A stretch of 64,000 nt of DNA. Source: an uncultured bacterium. Its GTDB lineage: Bacteria > Patescibacteriota > Minisyncoccia > UBA6257 > 2-01-FULL-56-20. The notes under the pieces were generated by a model. That model saw only the letters and a program-made list of their open reading frames with translations. It made no database searches and was not told the origin of the DNA. Position numbers and translations under genes: made by a program. The stretch spans positions 514,172 to 578,171 of the forward strand of contig OY970358.1 of NCBI GenBank assembly GCA_963718575.1. Reading direction: 5' to 3'. This document shows positions 28,749 through 38,495 of this stretch, piece by piece (position 1 is the first letter of the stretch; each line of letters opens with the position of its first letter).

Positions 28749-30892
28749 CTAACTCCCGTATCCATTCGCCTGCGCCCAGTTTTCCACACCCGTTTCCCAA
28801 TTGTTATATTCAGGGTCTGTTGCCGGGTTTGTGGGATCTGGCCCGGTCGGATCGCTTTTATCAACATAGTAGAGGATGTTGTGGACTTGCCCGTTGATGA
28901 CGTATTGCCCCGTGAGGACTGGCTTTGTGGCGGTCGTCGGGGCGGGCGGCGTGAAGGTTGTGTTTGGCACTTCGGGCAGCGCTTGCGTCATGAACGCGTT
29001 CCACATCGGAACCGCCGCCAAAATACTTGAACCCGCTTTTTGCATCGGTGCGTCGTTATTGTTTCCTGCCCAGACGCCGACGACGATCGACGGCGTGTAT
29101 CCCATCGCCCACGCATCGGTGTAGTTGTTCGATGTTCCGGTCTTGAGCGCCACGTCATAACCGGGGAAGACGGTGAGGCCCTGGCTTCCGCCCATAAGTG
29201 GCGCCCGCGCCGCGGCGTCGGATAAAATATCATTGATGAGATTGACCGACTGCGCGTCCGCGACCTGGGTTGTTTGATCCTGATATGATTCCAGCGTGTT
29301 GCCATTCGCGTCGGTCACGGAGAGCACCATCGTCTGCGCGTGTTTCACGCCTTGATCGGCAAGCACAGAATATGCTTCGGTGAGATCGATAAGGTGTACT
29401 GCGCCGCCGCCGAGGACGAGTGAGAGGCCGTACTGCGCCGGGTCGGTGAGTGTGGTGAGGCCGAAGTTGTATGCGTTCTGGATCGCGTTGTGTCTCGCCC
29501 ACAAGGTAAAGCGCTTTTACCGCCGGCACGTTCACGGACTGTGCCAGCGCGTCGCGGATGGTAAGCGGGCCTGCAAACGTACCCTCAAAGTCCTGTGGGT
29601 GGAAACAATTCTTATCGGTTGAATTGAAGTCAGGGACTGCCGGGCATTCGGCGTCAATGCTGAACTCCGTGGGAACATCGAATAATATCGTGTCCGGCGT
29701 GTAGCCCATTTGGAAGGCGGTCATATAGACGAATGGTTTGAGCGATGACCCCGGTTGGCGAAGGCCTTGCGTTGCCACGTCGAAGTTGCCGTCATTCGCG
29801 GTGTCGAAGTAATTTGCAGAGCCAACGAGAGCGAGAATCTGCCCCGTGGCGGGGTCTTGTACCACCATCGCGGCGTTCGTCGCTTGATAGAGTTGCTGTG
29901 TTGCGTGCGACGCCCGCAGTGACCGCGGCTTCTGCCTGTTGTTGCATCGTCCAGTTGAGCGTCGTGATCACCTTAAGGCCGCCGTTATCAACCTCATTCT
30001 CGCCATATTTCTGCACGAGATAATTTTCCACCGCCATCACGAAGTGCGGCGCGCGGATTCCCGAGCCGCTCGCGGTCTGTGGCTGAAAAACGATCTTAAA
30101 ATTCTGTGCTGCGGTGAGCTGGGCTTTTGTGATCTTGCCGGTGCTATACATCTGCTGGAGCACCAACTGCTGGCGTTGGAGCAGTTCATCTACGTGCGTG
30201 CCGTACGGGTAATAATACGTCGGCGCCTGCGGTAATGCGGCGAGCACCGCGCTCTGCGCGATGTTGAGCTGATCGACCGGCACGCCGAAGTAATCTTCGG
30301 CCGCCTCACCGACGCCCGAGATGTTCGGCCCGTAGGGAACCTCATTTAAATAAAGCGCCAAGATCTGATCTTTTGAATAATATTCATTAAGCTTGACCGC
30401 AAGGATGAACTCGCGGATCTTGCGCGAGAGCGTCTGGTTGAGCGTCAGGAATGCGGTGCGCGCGAGCTGTTGGGTGATCGTCGATCCGCCCTCCGCAAAG
30501 GAATGGGTGGTGATATCAACATAGAGCGCCCGGAAGATGCCTTTTATATCGAACGCCGGCTCATTATAAAAATTCTGGTCTTCGATGGCGATCGTGGCAT
30601 CCTTCACGCTCTGCGGAATCTGATCAAACGGCACGAGCGTCCGATGGTCGCCATTATCAACATCGTAAAGCAGTACGGTGCCCGTCCGGTCGTAGATCTT
30701 TGTGGACTGGCTGATCTGCTGGCTGCCGATCTCCTGGATAGACGGCACGGTCTTTGCAAAATAGAGCACCGCGATGAAAAGTGCGATCACGCATGCGGCG
30801 ATGACGACCCCCGTTATCTGGAGGATCTTTATATACTTCTTTTTCTTTCGCCCGGACTTCGACTGAGAATTATTTTTAAGGTCGTTGTTCAT
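28749..30892 (-). CDS. Class A penicillin-binding protein (PBP1A family), split by two frameshifts near 29900 and 29490
   Basis: AIEDQNFY, GGSTITQQL, RQPGSSLKP, SVN, KTGT spread over three consecutive frames. Confidence 0.9.
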
Positions 30893-30963
30893 AAAAACGT
30901 CTCTTTATTTTACCTCTTTTCACTTCTTTCTTGTATTCTCTCCCTCTTCTTATTCACGGAGAG

Positions 30964-31037
30964 ATAAAAAATACCCACCGCTGTTGAGCGAGTGGGCGTT
31001 CTTACGCCGGAGCGAGACAGCGGTGGGTATTTTTTAT
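30964..31037 (+). repeat. GAGCGA-core structured element, copy 2
   Basis: ATAAAAAATACCCACCGCTGTT-GAGCGAGTGGGCGTTCTTACGCCGGAGCGA-GACAGCGGTGGGTATTTTTTAT. Confidence 0.85.
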
Positions 31038-31041
31038 TAAG

Positions 31042-31218
31042 CTATTCTAACGGCTCTGCGTCGTCTGTTCCGGCGTCGCCGGCATCGGGAGCATCATCGT
31101 CTTCGTCCTCGTCGGTGTCATCGAGGTCGGTGTCGGGGCTGCTGGTTTCAATCGGGTCTTTTTCCTCGTCGGTCAACCCTGCCCACTCGAACTTAAACGG
31201 AAATAATTCGGTTACCAT
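31042..31218 (-). CDS. Small, highly acidic 58-aa protein not in the ORF track
   Basis: MVTELFPFKFEWAGLTDEEKDPIETSSPDTDLDDTDEDEDDDAPDAGDAGTDDAEPLE*; own TTGACA-N16-TATACT promoter (31284-31257). Confidence 0.7.
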   Translation of the reverse strand: MVTELFPFKFEWAGLTDEEKDPIETSSPDTDLDDTDEDEDDDAPDAGDAGTDDAEPLE

Positions 31219-31267
31219 AGTTACAAATAATTAAACGACCTTTTTTATTTTCAACCAGTATATTGTA

Positions 31268-31750
31268 TCACCGCGTCGTGTCAAGCAAGCGCTCGCCTGT
31301 GGATAAAATCGCGAGCGCAAGCGCATCGCTCGCGTCGTCAATCACCGCAAGGTCGGGCTTATTAAGGATGAGGCGCACCATCTTAAGCACCGCTTTCTTA
31401 TCCGCAAAGCCGTATCCCGCCACGCCGGACTTCACTTCGTTCGGAGTGTACTCCTTTATACGAACACCACGCTCTTTTGTTGCAAGGAGGATGACGCCGC
31501 GCGCCTGCGCCACGGCGAGCGCGGTCTTGGTGTTCTTGGCAAAAAAGAGCTTTTCGATGGCCATCACATCCGGCTTGTGCTTTTTGATGAGCGCATCCAC
31601 GCCCTTTTTTGTTTCCTCAAGCGCCGACACGTCATCCGCTGTTTTTATTTCCAGGATCCCTGCCGCGACGAGCGTGAGCGCCGACCCGTCGCATTTCACG
31701 ACGCCATATCCTATTCTCCGACTCCCCGGGTCGATACCGAGCGCGATCAT
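31268..31750 (-). CDS. ruvC: Holliday junction resolvase RuvC
   Basis: LGIDPG, AIEKLFF, QARGV, YTPNEVK, DDASDALA. Confidence 0.96.
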   Translation of the reverse strand: MIALGIDPGSRRIGYGVVKCDGSALTLVAAGILEIKTADDVSALEETKKGVDALIKKHKPDVMAIEKLFFAKNTKTALAVAQARGVILLATKERGVRIKEYTPNEVKSGVAGYGFADKKAVLKMVRLILNKPDLAVIDDASDALALAILSTGERLLDTTR

Positions 31751-31760
31751 GAAAGTATCA

Positions 31761-32303
31761 TTAAAAGTTAATATTTGTGTAGACGTTTTGGACGTCGTCG
31801 TTGTCCTCGAGCGCTTCAAGTAAATCCACAAGCTTTTCTTTTTCGGCATCCTCCGCGATATCCTGCGGAAATTTCGCATTCCAATCGCGTTCTTCTCCCT
31901 CTGATAACGCAAAGGCCCACTGCACACTTCCGGACTCCGCCCACTTGCCATTATGATCCCGCAGAATCGTTTTTATTTCCTGCACGGTGCGATTACGGTT
32001 ATCGCTTACGGCGGTGATGATGATCGCCGCGCCGGCCGGGCCATATGCTTCGTATAATAATTCCTCGAGCTTTTCCGATGGATCCGATGCGCGCTTGATC
32101 GCGCGGTCGATCGTGTCCGCCGGCACGCCGGCCTCGCGCGCTTTTGACACCACGGTGCGGAGCCGGGGATTGAAGTCCGGGTTCGGCTCGCCGTGCGCCG
32201 CCGCCGAGATCAGTTTGAGCGACTTCGAAAATATCTTCGCCCGCTTCTTGTCGGTGATCTCTTTTTTATGTTTTATTCCCGCCCAGTGTGAATGTCCTGA
32301 CAT
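31761..32303 (-). CDS. yebC: YebC/PmpR family protein, short form
   Basis: MSGHSHWAGIKHKK, YEAYGP, DNRNRT, LEDNDDVQNVYTN. Confidence 0.93.
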   Translation of the reverse strand: MSGHSHWAGIKHKKEITDKKRAKIFSKSLKLISAAAHGEPNPDFNPRLRTVVSKAREAGVPADTIDRAIKRASDPSEKLEELLYEAYGPAGAAIIITAVSDNRNRTVQEIKTILRDHNGKWAESGSVQWAFALSEGEERDWNAKFPQDIAEDAEKEKLVDLLEALEDNDDVQNVYTNINF

Positions 32304-32412
32304 AGTGGTATTCTCACGAGCATTATATCGCCGCGCCCGGGCAAAAAAAAGCCCGCAGGATCCGGCAAAGACCATGCGGGCAAAGTGGAACGGGAGAAAA
32401 GGAATGCAACAC

Positions 32413-33252
32413 TTAATCTGTCGGTGAATCGGTGGGCGCGGGCGCGGGAGTCATTGTCGGACTTCCCGGCTTTACCGATGAAGCATTGGTGGACAGCTGC
32501 CCCTCTTTGCGTTCTTGATCGAAGCTCAGCGCGACATGCGTCACGTGTCCTGGTTGAACCGCGACCTTCATGGTGATCTGGCCACCTTTTATTTTTGCGG
32601 TGACCTCGTAGTCGCCGGGATCGAGATGTAATACCTCTCCCGAGATTCCAGAAAAGTTCTTTACCCGGCCATGTGTCGCGTCACGTCCATTCAAAAGGAC
32701 ATTTCCATTCTCTACCTCTTTCAGGTCCTTTTTAGGGATCTGGTCGAGGTCGAATTTAATGCCCGATAGATTGGCCGGCTCTCCAATGGCAAATTGGTAT
32801 CCGTATCCAAGCGATCCGTAATACCAAACCCCCGGATAAAATCCCCATGAGTAATACCATCCGGGCCCGTACCATATCCCCCAAAGGAGTCCGCCTGGCC
32901 ACCATCCACGCTGGTGAAATGCTCCAGCGGCAATTTCGGCGTTTCGGAATCCGCCAATGGATTCACTGCGAACAACTTCCCTTGAAGTAAAGGCGCTGTG
33001 ATTGGTATTGAAGCGTTGTTGGATGTTCGTCGGTTGCGATCTGCGAGAGGCCGTTTCATTTCTCGGTTGGGAGTTATCACGCGGTGCGCGAACTGTGTTC
33101 GCGCTTCTCACACTAACGCCGCCGGTGCTCCGCGCTACACTACCCGACGACGATCCGCCACGCGAACCACCGCCACCGCGCTGCGCCTCTGCCGCGAACG
33201 GCAGAAGAGCGAGAGCCAATAAAGTGATTACCGCAAACATTCTGAGTTTCAT
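32413..33252 (-). CDS. Secreted hypothetical protein: Gly/Ser/Arg-rich linker, Trp/Tyr/Gly-rich segment, PEGA-like beta domain
   Basis: Signal peptide AEA-Q; own TTGACA-N18-TATAAT promoter and SD. Confidence 0.75.
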   Translation of the reverse strand: MKLRMFAVITLLALALLPFAAEAQRGGGGSRGGSSSGSVARSTGGVSVRSANTVRAPRDNSQPRNETASRRSQPTNIQQRFNTNHSAFTSREVVRSESIGGFRNAEIAAGAFHQRGWWPGGLLWGIWYGPGWYYSWGFYPGVWYYGSLGYGYQFAIGEPANLSGIKFDLDQIPKKDLKEVENGNVLLNGRDATHGRVKNFSGISGEVLHLDPGDYEVTAKIKGGQITMKVAVQPGHVTHVALSFDQERKEGQLSTNASSVKPGSPTMTPAPAPTDSPTD

Positions 33253-33412
33253 GATTCCTCTTCTCCGCGCCGGTTTGGCGCTGCCATATTCAAATTTGAC
33301 TGCATGGTTCTGCGCTCATTATACCACCAAACTGTGCAATATGTCAATAATTGTTAAAAATCCATTAAAATCGGCTTGAACGGCGGCTTTTTAAGGGGTA
33401 TCATCTATATAA

Positions 33413-35089
33413 ATGCTGGATGCACCTCAGAACGACCTAAAAGAGAAGCTCGCCAAACTACATCGCGATGGCGAAGAGCGGGCGGCAGAACGGCTTGCGG
33501 AGAAGCTCGGGCTTTCGTATGTGGACCTGGCGAAGATCCCCGTGTCGCTCGACGCGGTGCGTATTCTGCCCGAGGCCGAGGCAAGGGATGCGAAGGTCGG
33601 CGCGATCGAGGTGAAGGGGAATAAGGTGGCGCTCGCCGCGATCAACCCGGAACTCCCTGCCACAAAAAAAATCGTGGAAGGGTTAGTTGAGAAAAAATAT
33701 GAAGTGAAAGTGGTCGTCGTTTCGCCGGCGAGCATGGAAGCGGCATGGCATTTCTATCAGTTCATCAAGCCCGTGTCGGAATCGATCACGGGCGAGGTGG
33801 ATATAAAAAAGGCGCGGCTCGATGAATTAAAGGCGCGGCTCGTCACGCTCGACGCGGTGCATAAGGAGATCGCCGCGCTCCCGCTCGCGAACGTTTCCCC
33901 GGTGGCGCTCATCGAAATTATTTTAGCGGGCGCGATGGGATTGCGCGCGTCGGATATTCATACCGAGGCCGGAGAAAAAAAGGCTAAGATCCGTTTTCGC
34001 GTTGACGGGTTATTGCACGATATTTTCGATGACATTCCGCTCGAGACCTACCGCACGTTTGTGTCGCGCATAAAATTATTATCCGCGATGAAGCTGAATG
34101 TGCGCGATGCGGCGCAGGACGGCCGATTCACGATCGGGCTTGGCGATAAGGATATTGAGATGCGCGTATCGGTGATCCCGGCGGAGTTCGGCGAGACGAT
34201 CGTGATGCGTATCCTTGATCCATCGGCGACGATGGTGGGCTTGCCGGACCTCGGCTTGCGCGCAGACAATTTAGATATCGTAAAACGCCAGATCGCAAAA
34301 CCGAATGGGCTGATATTGAACACCGGCCCGACCGGTTCCGGAAAGACGACCACACTCTACGCATTCCTGCGCACGATGAATGATCCGACGATGAAGATCA
34401 TCACGCTTGAGGACCCGATCGAGTATCGCATTGATGGTGTGGAACAGACGCAGGTGGACGAGGAATCGGGCTACACGTTTGCGAACGGCCTGCGCGCGAT
34501 CGTGCGGCAGGATCCGGACGTTATTCTTGTGGGCGAGGTGCGCGATCTTGAGACGGCGGACATCGCGCTGCAAGCGGCGCTCACCGGGCATTTGGTGTTA
34601 TCCACGTTGCACACAAACGATGCGGTCGGCGCGGTGCCGCGTTTGATCAATCTTGGCGTGAAAGCGGTGAGCATCGGCCCGGCGCTCTCGCTTGCGATCG
34701 CGCAACGCCTGGTGCGTGTATTGTGTAAGGAATGCAAAAAGGTCGCCGACGTGGACGCCGCGACCGCGGAGAAGATCAAAAATTTCTTAAGCAAGCTGCC
34801 CGCAAAGGTTGATAAGAAGCCCTACGATGGCTACAAGATCTACGCGCCGGTGGGTTGCGATAAATGCAACGGCATCGGATATAAAGGTCGCGTGGGCGTG
34901 TTTGAATTTTTAGAAGGCGGCCCGGATTTAGAGAAAACAATTTTGCACGAAGCATCGGAGCTCGCTCTGCGCGAAGTGGCTCAGCGTCAGGAGATGGTCA
35001 CGATGCAGCAGGATGGAATATTGAAAGTGCTTGAGGGAAAGACGACGTTCGATGAAGTGGCGAGCGCGACGGGGGAGTTGGTGTGGTGA
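33413..35089 (+). CDS. pilB: GspE/PulE/PilB family type IV pilus assembly ATPase
   Basis: ASDIH, RFRVDG, QDGRF, GPTGSGKTTT, RQDPDVILVGEVRD, TLHTN, tetra-Cys motif. Confidence 0.9.
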   Translation: MLDAPQNDLKEKLAKLHRDGEERAAERLAEKLGLSYVDLAKIPVSLDAVRILPEAEARDAKVGAIEVKGNKVALAAINPELPATKKIVEGLVEKKYEVKVVVVSPASMEAAWHFYQFIKPVSESITGEVDIKKARLDELKARLVTLDAVHKEIAALPLANVSPVALIEIILAGAMGLRASDIHTEAGEKKAKIRFRVDGLLHDIFDDIPLETYRTFVSRIKLLSAMKLNVRDAAQDGRFTIGLGDKDIEMRVSVIPAEFGETIVMRILDPSATMVGLPDLGLRADNLDIVKRQIAKPNGLILNTGPTGSGKTTTLYAFLRTMNDPTMKIITLEDPIEYRIDGVEQTQVDEESGYTFANGLRAIVRQDPDVILVGEVRDLETADIALQAALTGHLVLSTLHTNDAVGAVPRLINLGVKAVSIGPALSLAIAQRLVRVLCKECKKVADVDAATAEKIKNFLSKLPAKVDKKPYDGYKIYAPVGCDKCNGIGYKGRVGVFEFLEGGPDLEKTILHEASELALREVAQRQEMVTMQQDGILKVLEGKTTFDEVASATGELVW

Positions 35090-35165
35090 GTAAGACAGTT
35101 TTATTAGAAAAAAGAAACCGACCAGCGATGGTCGGTCATTAAAATTGATTTTGGGCATCGGTCCG

Positions 35166-35510
35166 TCACCTGCCGCCGGTGGCTCTGTCTATCATTTCCA
35201 CCCGGCCTTCCTGCGTCCCCTTCGCTAATCCCATCTTATAGATGCCGCTAAACATCAACTCAAGCGTGGTTTGAATACTATCTCCATCGGTATCGCTGAC
35301 AGCGACAAGGGCCTCAAGCGCTGATATCCCTAATTCGCACCCCTCCGGCGAGACGAAATCAAAGGAATCGATAACAACCTCGTTATTCGTTGCGTAGGCT
35401 TTTACTCTACGCGCGAACGTAGCGGGATCGTTTGGAAATATATTGGCATAAATTTCCGCAGGACAGGTGTTGTCGTTGCGGATAAATGCGATTTTCATCA
35501 CAGCCCCCAT
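35166..35510 (-). CDS. Hypothetical protein
   Basis: ORF ending at a hairpin shared with pilB; start uncertain. Confidence 0.55.
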   Translation of the reverse strand: MGAVMKIAFIRNDNTCPAEIYANIFPNDPATFARRVKAYATNNEVVIDSFDFVSPEGCELGISALEALVAVSDTDGDSIQTTLELMFSGIYKMGLAKGTQEGRVEMIDRATGGR

Positions 35511-35669
35511 TTCCCTGCTTGCCAGTTTCTGGTTCAAGACTTATTGGAAATTTTGAAGAACTATCGGGATTGCTCCCACTAAAAAATTCTCGTTTGAAAA
35601 TACTTTAGTGAAAGCCCAACCGAGGTTGGGCACCTGCATTGCAGGATTTAATGACCGTTTTTCGGCTGG

Positions 35670-36047
35670 TCAGACCGCCGCATTGGAAGTTGTTGCCTGC
35701 CTTCTCATCGCTTCACTAAAGCCCGCGATGTAGAATGTAGCCAACAATTCCTGCCACGCTCGAGGGTCACTCTTTTGGAGTTTCTCGAAAAGAGTAGCGG
35801 GGCATTGATCTTTGGAGGCGGCGTGACGGATGGTGGGCATATCAAACATACCCACAAGCTGCTCGCCGTTTCCGCAATCCACGTAGCGGTTAAAGAAGGT
35901 GTTGCTGGCGTCTTCGCGAGATGTCCCCTCGGCAATACCTGCCCAGTAGATAGGCGGAGCTTCCTCATCTTCGTGATCGCATTCCGGATCCATGTGCTGG
36001 CACGGACACAAAGACGGCTGCGCTATCACTCCCAGAAAAAATGTCAT
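35670..36047 (-). CDS. Hypothetical protein with Cys/His-rich N-terminus
   Basis: 125-aa ORF with GGGAG SD; downstream of a long structured leader. Confidence 0.6.
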   Translation of the reverse strand: MTFFLGVIAQPSLCPCQHMDPECDHEDEEAPPIYWAGIAEGTSREDASNTFFNRYVDCGNGEQLVGMFDMPTIRHAASKDQCPATLFEKLQKSDPRAWQELLATFYIAGFSEAMRRQATTSNAAV

Positions 36048-36130
36048 AACTGGCTCCCGCTTCCATACCTGCCTTTTGGGTCAGGGTTTATTGGAATTTA
36101 GAAAATTAAAGGTGCGGAGCCCACTCAAAC

Positions 36131-36292
36131 GTAGTAGACTCAGACCTGGGGGCAATTCCTCGCGAAAGGATAATGATCTCTTCTATCTAATGATAAAAGA
36201 GGCTAGAATTACTCAAAGGAGTGGACCAGCCGAAACCGGTACATCCTGTAGTTTTTAGAAATAACTCCCGCCCCCAGATCTGAATCAGCTAC
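36131..36292 (-). ncRNA. Candidate multi-branch structured leader RNA
   Basis: 23-nt closing arms (36292-36270 with 36153-36131) enclosing four hairpins; promoter TTGACA-N17-TAACAT at 36376-36348. Confidence 0.5.
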
Positions 36293-36411
36293 TTTTAAGG
36301 AACTTCGGTCAACTTGCCAACAGCCCTTATTTATTGGGCACTGGGATATGTTAGCATATAGAATATTATTTGTCAAGTCCCACCTTATCCCCACGTAATT
36401 CACATCCGACT

Positions 36412-37434
36412 ATGCCAAAAACACCCCCGACAACCAACAACGCCAACGGCTCTGGCAATAAAGAGGACCCGAATATCGATCTCACCCTCCGACCTACCGA
36501 GTGGGATGAATACATTGGTCAGGAAAAAATAAAAGATAATTTGAAGACTATTTTGAGCGCCGCGAAAAAGCGTGGCGAGTCCGCTGACCATCTTTTATTT
36601 TCCGGCCCGGCAGGTCTTGGGAAAACAACACTCGCGTATCTCGTCGCGCGAGAGCTTGGCGGGTTGATAAAAACGACCTCCGGCCCGGCGCTTGAAAAGG
36701 CAGGCGACCTCGCCGCAGTGCTCACCAATTTAACGCCCGGCGAAATTTTATTTATCGATGAGGCACACCGCATTAATCCGATGATCGAAGAAGTGTTGTA
36801 TCCGGCGATGGAGGCGCGCAAGCTGCACCTTGTCGTTGGCAAAGGGCCGTCGGCGCGGACGCTCTCGCTCGATCTGCCGCCGTTCACGCTGATCGCGGCG
36901 ACGACTCGGGAGAATTTACTTTCGCAACCGTTGCGCTCGCGCTTTGGCGCGACGCTGCGTCTTGGCTATTACACGCCGGATGATATTAAAAGCATCTTAA
37001 AACGCTCGGCGGCGATATTGGGCGTGGAAGCAAAGCCGGAGGCAATCGATATTCTCGCGCGCGCGTCGCGCGGGACGCCGCGCGTGGCAAACCGTCTGCT
37101 CCGCCGCGCGCGCGATTTTGCGGAAGTGCACGGCGAGAGCGTGATCGACGAGGACGCGGCGCGGAAGACGCTCGCGATGCTCGAGATCGATGAGGTGGGT
37201 CTTGAGCCGCAAGACCGCGAGCTTCTTATGACAATCATCGAGAAGTTTCACGGCGGACCCGTCGGCATCAACACCATCGCCGCCGCGCTTGCGCAGGACC
37301 GCGGCGCGATCGAAGACATCTATGAGCCGTATCTGATGACGCTCGGGTTTTTACAGCGCTCTTCTGCGGGGCGGATTGTTCTGCCTGCGGCGTATCGGCA
37401 TCTGAAGATAAAAGGATACGAGGAGTTGTTGTAG
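36412..37434 (+). CDS. ruvB: Holliday junction branch migration helicase RuvB
   Basis: LRPTEWDEYIGQ, GPAGLGKTT, FIDEAHR, LYPAME, RGTPRVANRLL, YEPYL. Confidence 0.97.
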   Translation: MPKTPPTTNNANGSGNKEDPNIDLTLRPTEWDEYIGQEKIKDNLKTILSAAKKRGESADHLLFSGPAGLGKTTLAYLVARELGGLIKTTSGPALEKAGDLAAVLTNLTPGEILFIDEAHRINPMIEEVLYPAMEARKLHLVVGKGPSARTLSLDLPPFTLIAATTRENLLSQPLRSRFGATLRLGYYTPDDIKSILKRSAAILGVEAKPEAIDILARASRGTPRVANRLLRRARDFAEVHGESVIDEDAARKTLAMLEIDEVGLEPQDRELLMTIIEKFHGGPVGINTIAAALAQDRGAIEDIYEPYLMTLGFLQRSSAGRIVLPAAYRHLKIKGYEELL

Positions 37435-37496
37435 TCGTATTAAAAAATCATTAAATTATTTTTGCATTTTCCTTCGGCTCGTGTAACATAAAAATA

Positions 37497-37592
37497 TGCT
37501 TGTGGGCGAAAGCCCCTTTCAGCTAAGGGACGCCTAAAGCCGAAGACAAGCACAACAAAAACGCCGCCCTCGGGCGGTGTTTTTGTTGTGCT
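37497..37592 (+). ncRNA. Candidate small RNA with its own promoter and terminator
   Basis: TTGCAT(37462)-N16-TAACAT(37484); TGCTTGT/ACAAGCA closing stem, GGGC-GAAA-GCCC hairpin; long terminator hairpin 37549-37592. Confidence 0.45.
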
Positions 37593-37837
37593 AATCATCT
37601 TCGATCCCATCGGTAAAAAGCTTCTGGCGTTTATTTTGTTGTAGATGGGAGTACGGCATGACGCTCCAAACATGGATATTCCCTATTTCTCTCTGTGCGC
37701 ATGGAACGCTGGAGGTGATTAACCCCATCCGCATTGAGAATTGTTTCCTGCTTAAAAAACGGGCTATAGATCGTCCGTTGTGTATCGTAAATTTGGCGCG
37801 CCTTTTCCTTTTTCTGTTCGAAATAACCATCATCCAT
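37591..37837 (-). pseudogene. Frameshifted, apparently internally deleted gene; possibly a RelE/Barnase-like (PBECR-type) nuclease
   Basis: MDDGYFEQKK...NADGVNHLQ in one frame joins GNIHVWSVMPY...EDD* in another; family assignment is from recall only. Confidence 0.45.
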
Positions 37838-37918
37838 GAATAATATCGTAGATTATTTCTCGTTCGATACCAAAAAGTTTTTAAGAATTTTTTAATATTA
37901 TTTCGGTATGATGAGCCA

Positions 37919-38495
37919 ATGATATATATCAACGAATGGTTTCCAAACCCGGTTGGCAATGATGCGGCCGGGGAATTTATTGAACTCTATAATAGTGGTG
38001 CGGCCACGGTAAGTCTCGATGGCTATGCGCTGGGCGATGGCGCAAAAAAGAGATTCTCATTAAGTGGCTACAGCATCCCGCCCGGCGGCTATTTGGTGTT
38101 AACACACGCAGACGACAAGCTGACTTTGAAAAATACCAACGGGGAAGTATTGTTATATGGGCCGAGCGGGCAAGTGGTGGATAGTGCGAGCTTTACTGGC
38201 GCGGCGCCGGAGGGGAGGAGTTTTTCGCGAGTGGATTACGGCGCGGCGACGATCGCAGCACTTTGCGTTCGTGTATCCGACGCCCGGCGCGGCGAACAAG
38301 ACGGTCGATACGACAGTGCACGCGAATGAGTATCCGTCGGGAGTTTCTCTTTCGCGTCAACTTTCGCCGGGTGCGTTCACGCTGCTCACGTTCGGCGTCG
38401 GATCGTTTTTTCTGCTATTCTTCATTTATGCCATCCAAAAAAATAGAAACATATCACAGTTTTTCTTCGGAGGAGACGAAGAAACTGGGGTTTGA
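37919..38495 (+). CDS. Lamin tail domain protein with C-terminal TM helix, frameshifted near 38255
   Basis: IYINEWFPNPVGND..GEFIELYN, LKNTNGEV.L, PTPGAAN in the next frame. Confidence 0.85.

Noticed and set aside
28749-30892. PBP1A, tsaE and the kinase as true pseudogenes or programmed frameshifts
   Set aside because: Single-base insertions without slippery sites or further decay; assembly error is more likely
37497-37552. c-di-GMP-I riboswitch or hammerhead ribozyme
   Set aside because: Shares only short words (GAAA loop, GGGACGC); lacks the GEMM two-stem layout and the CUGANGA core, and has no downstream gene in sense
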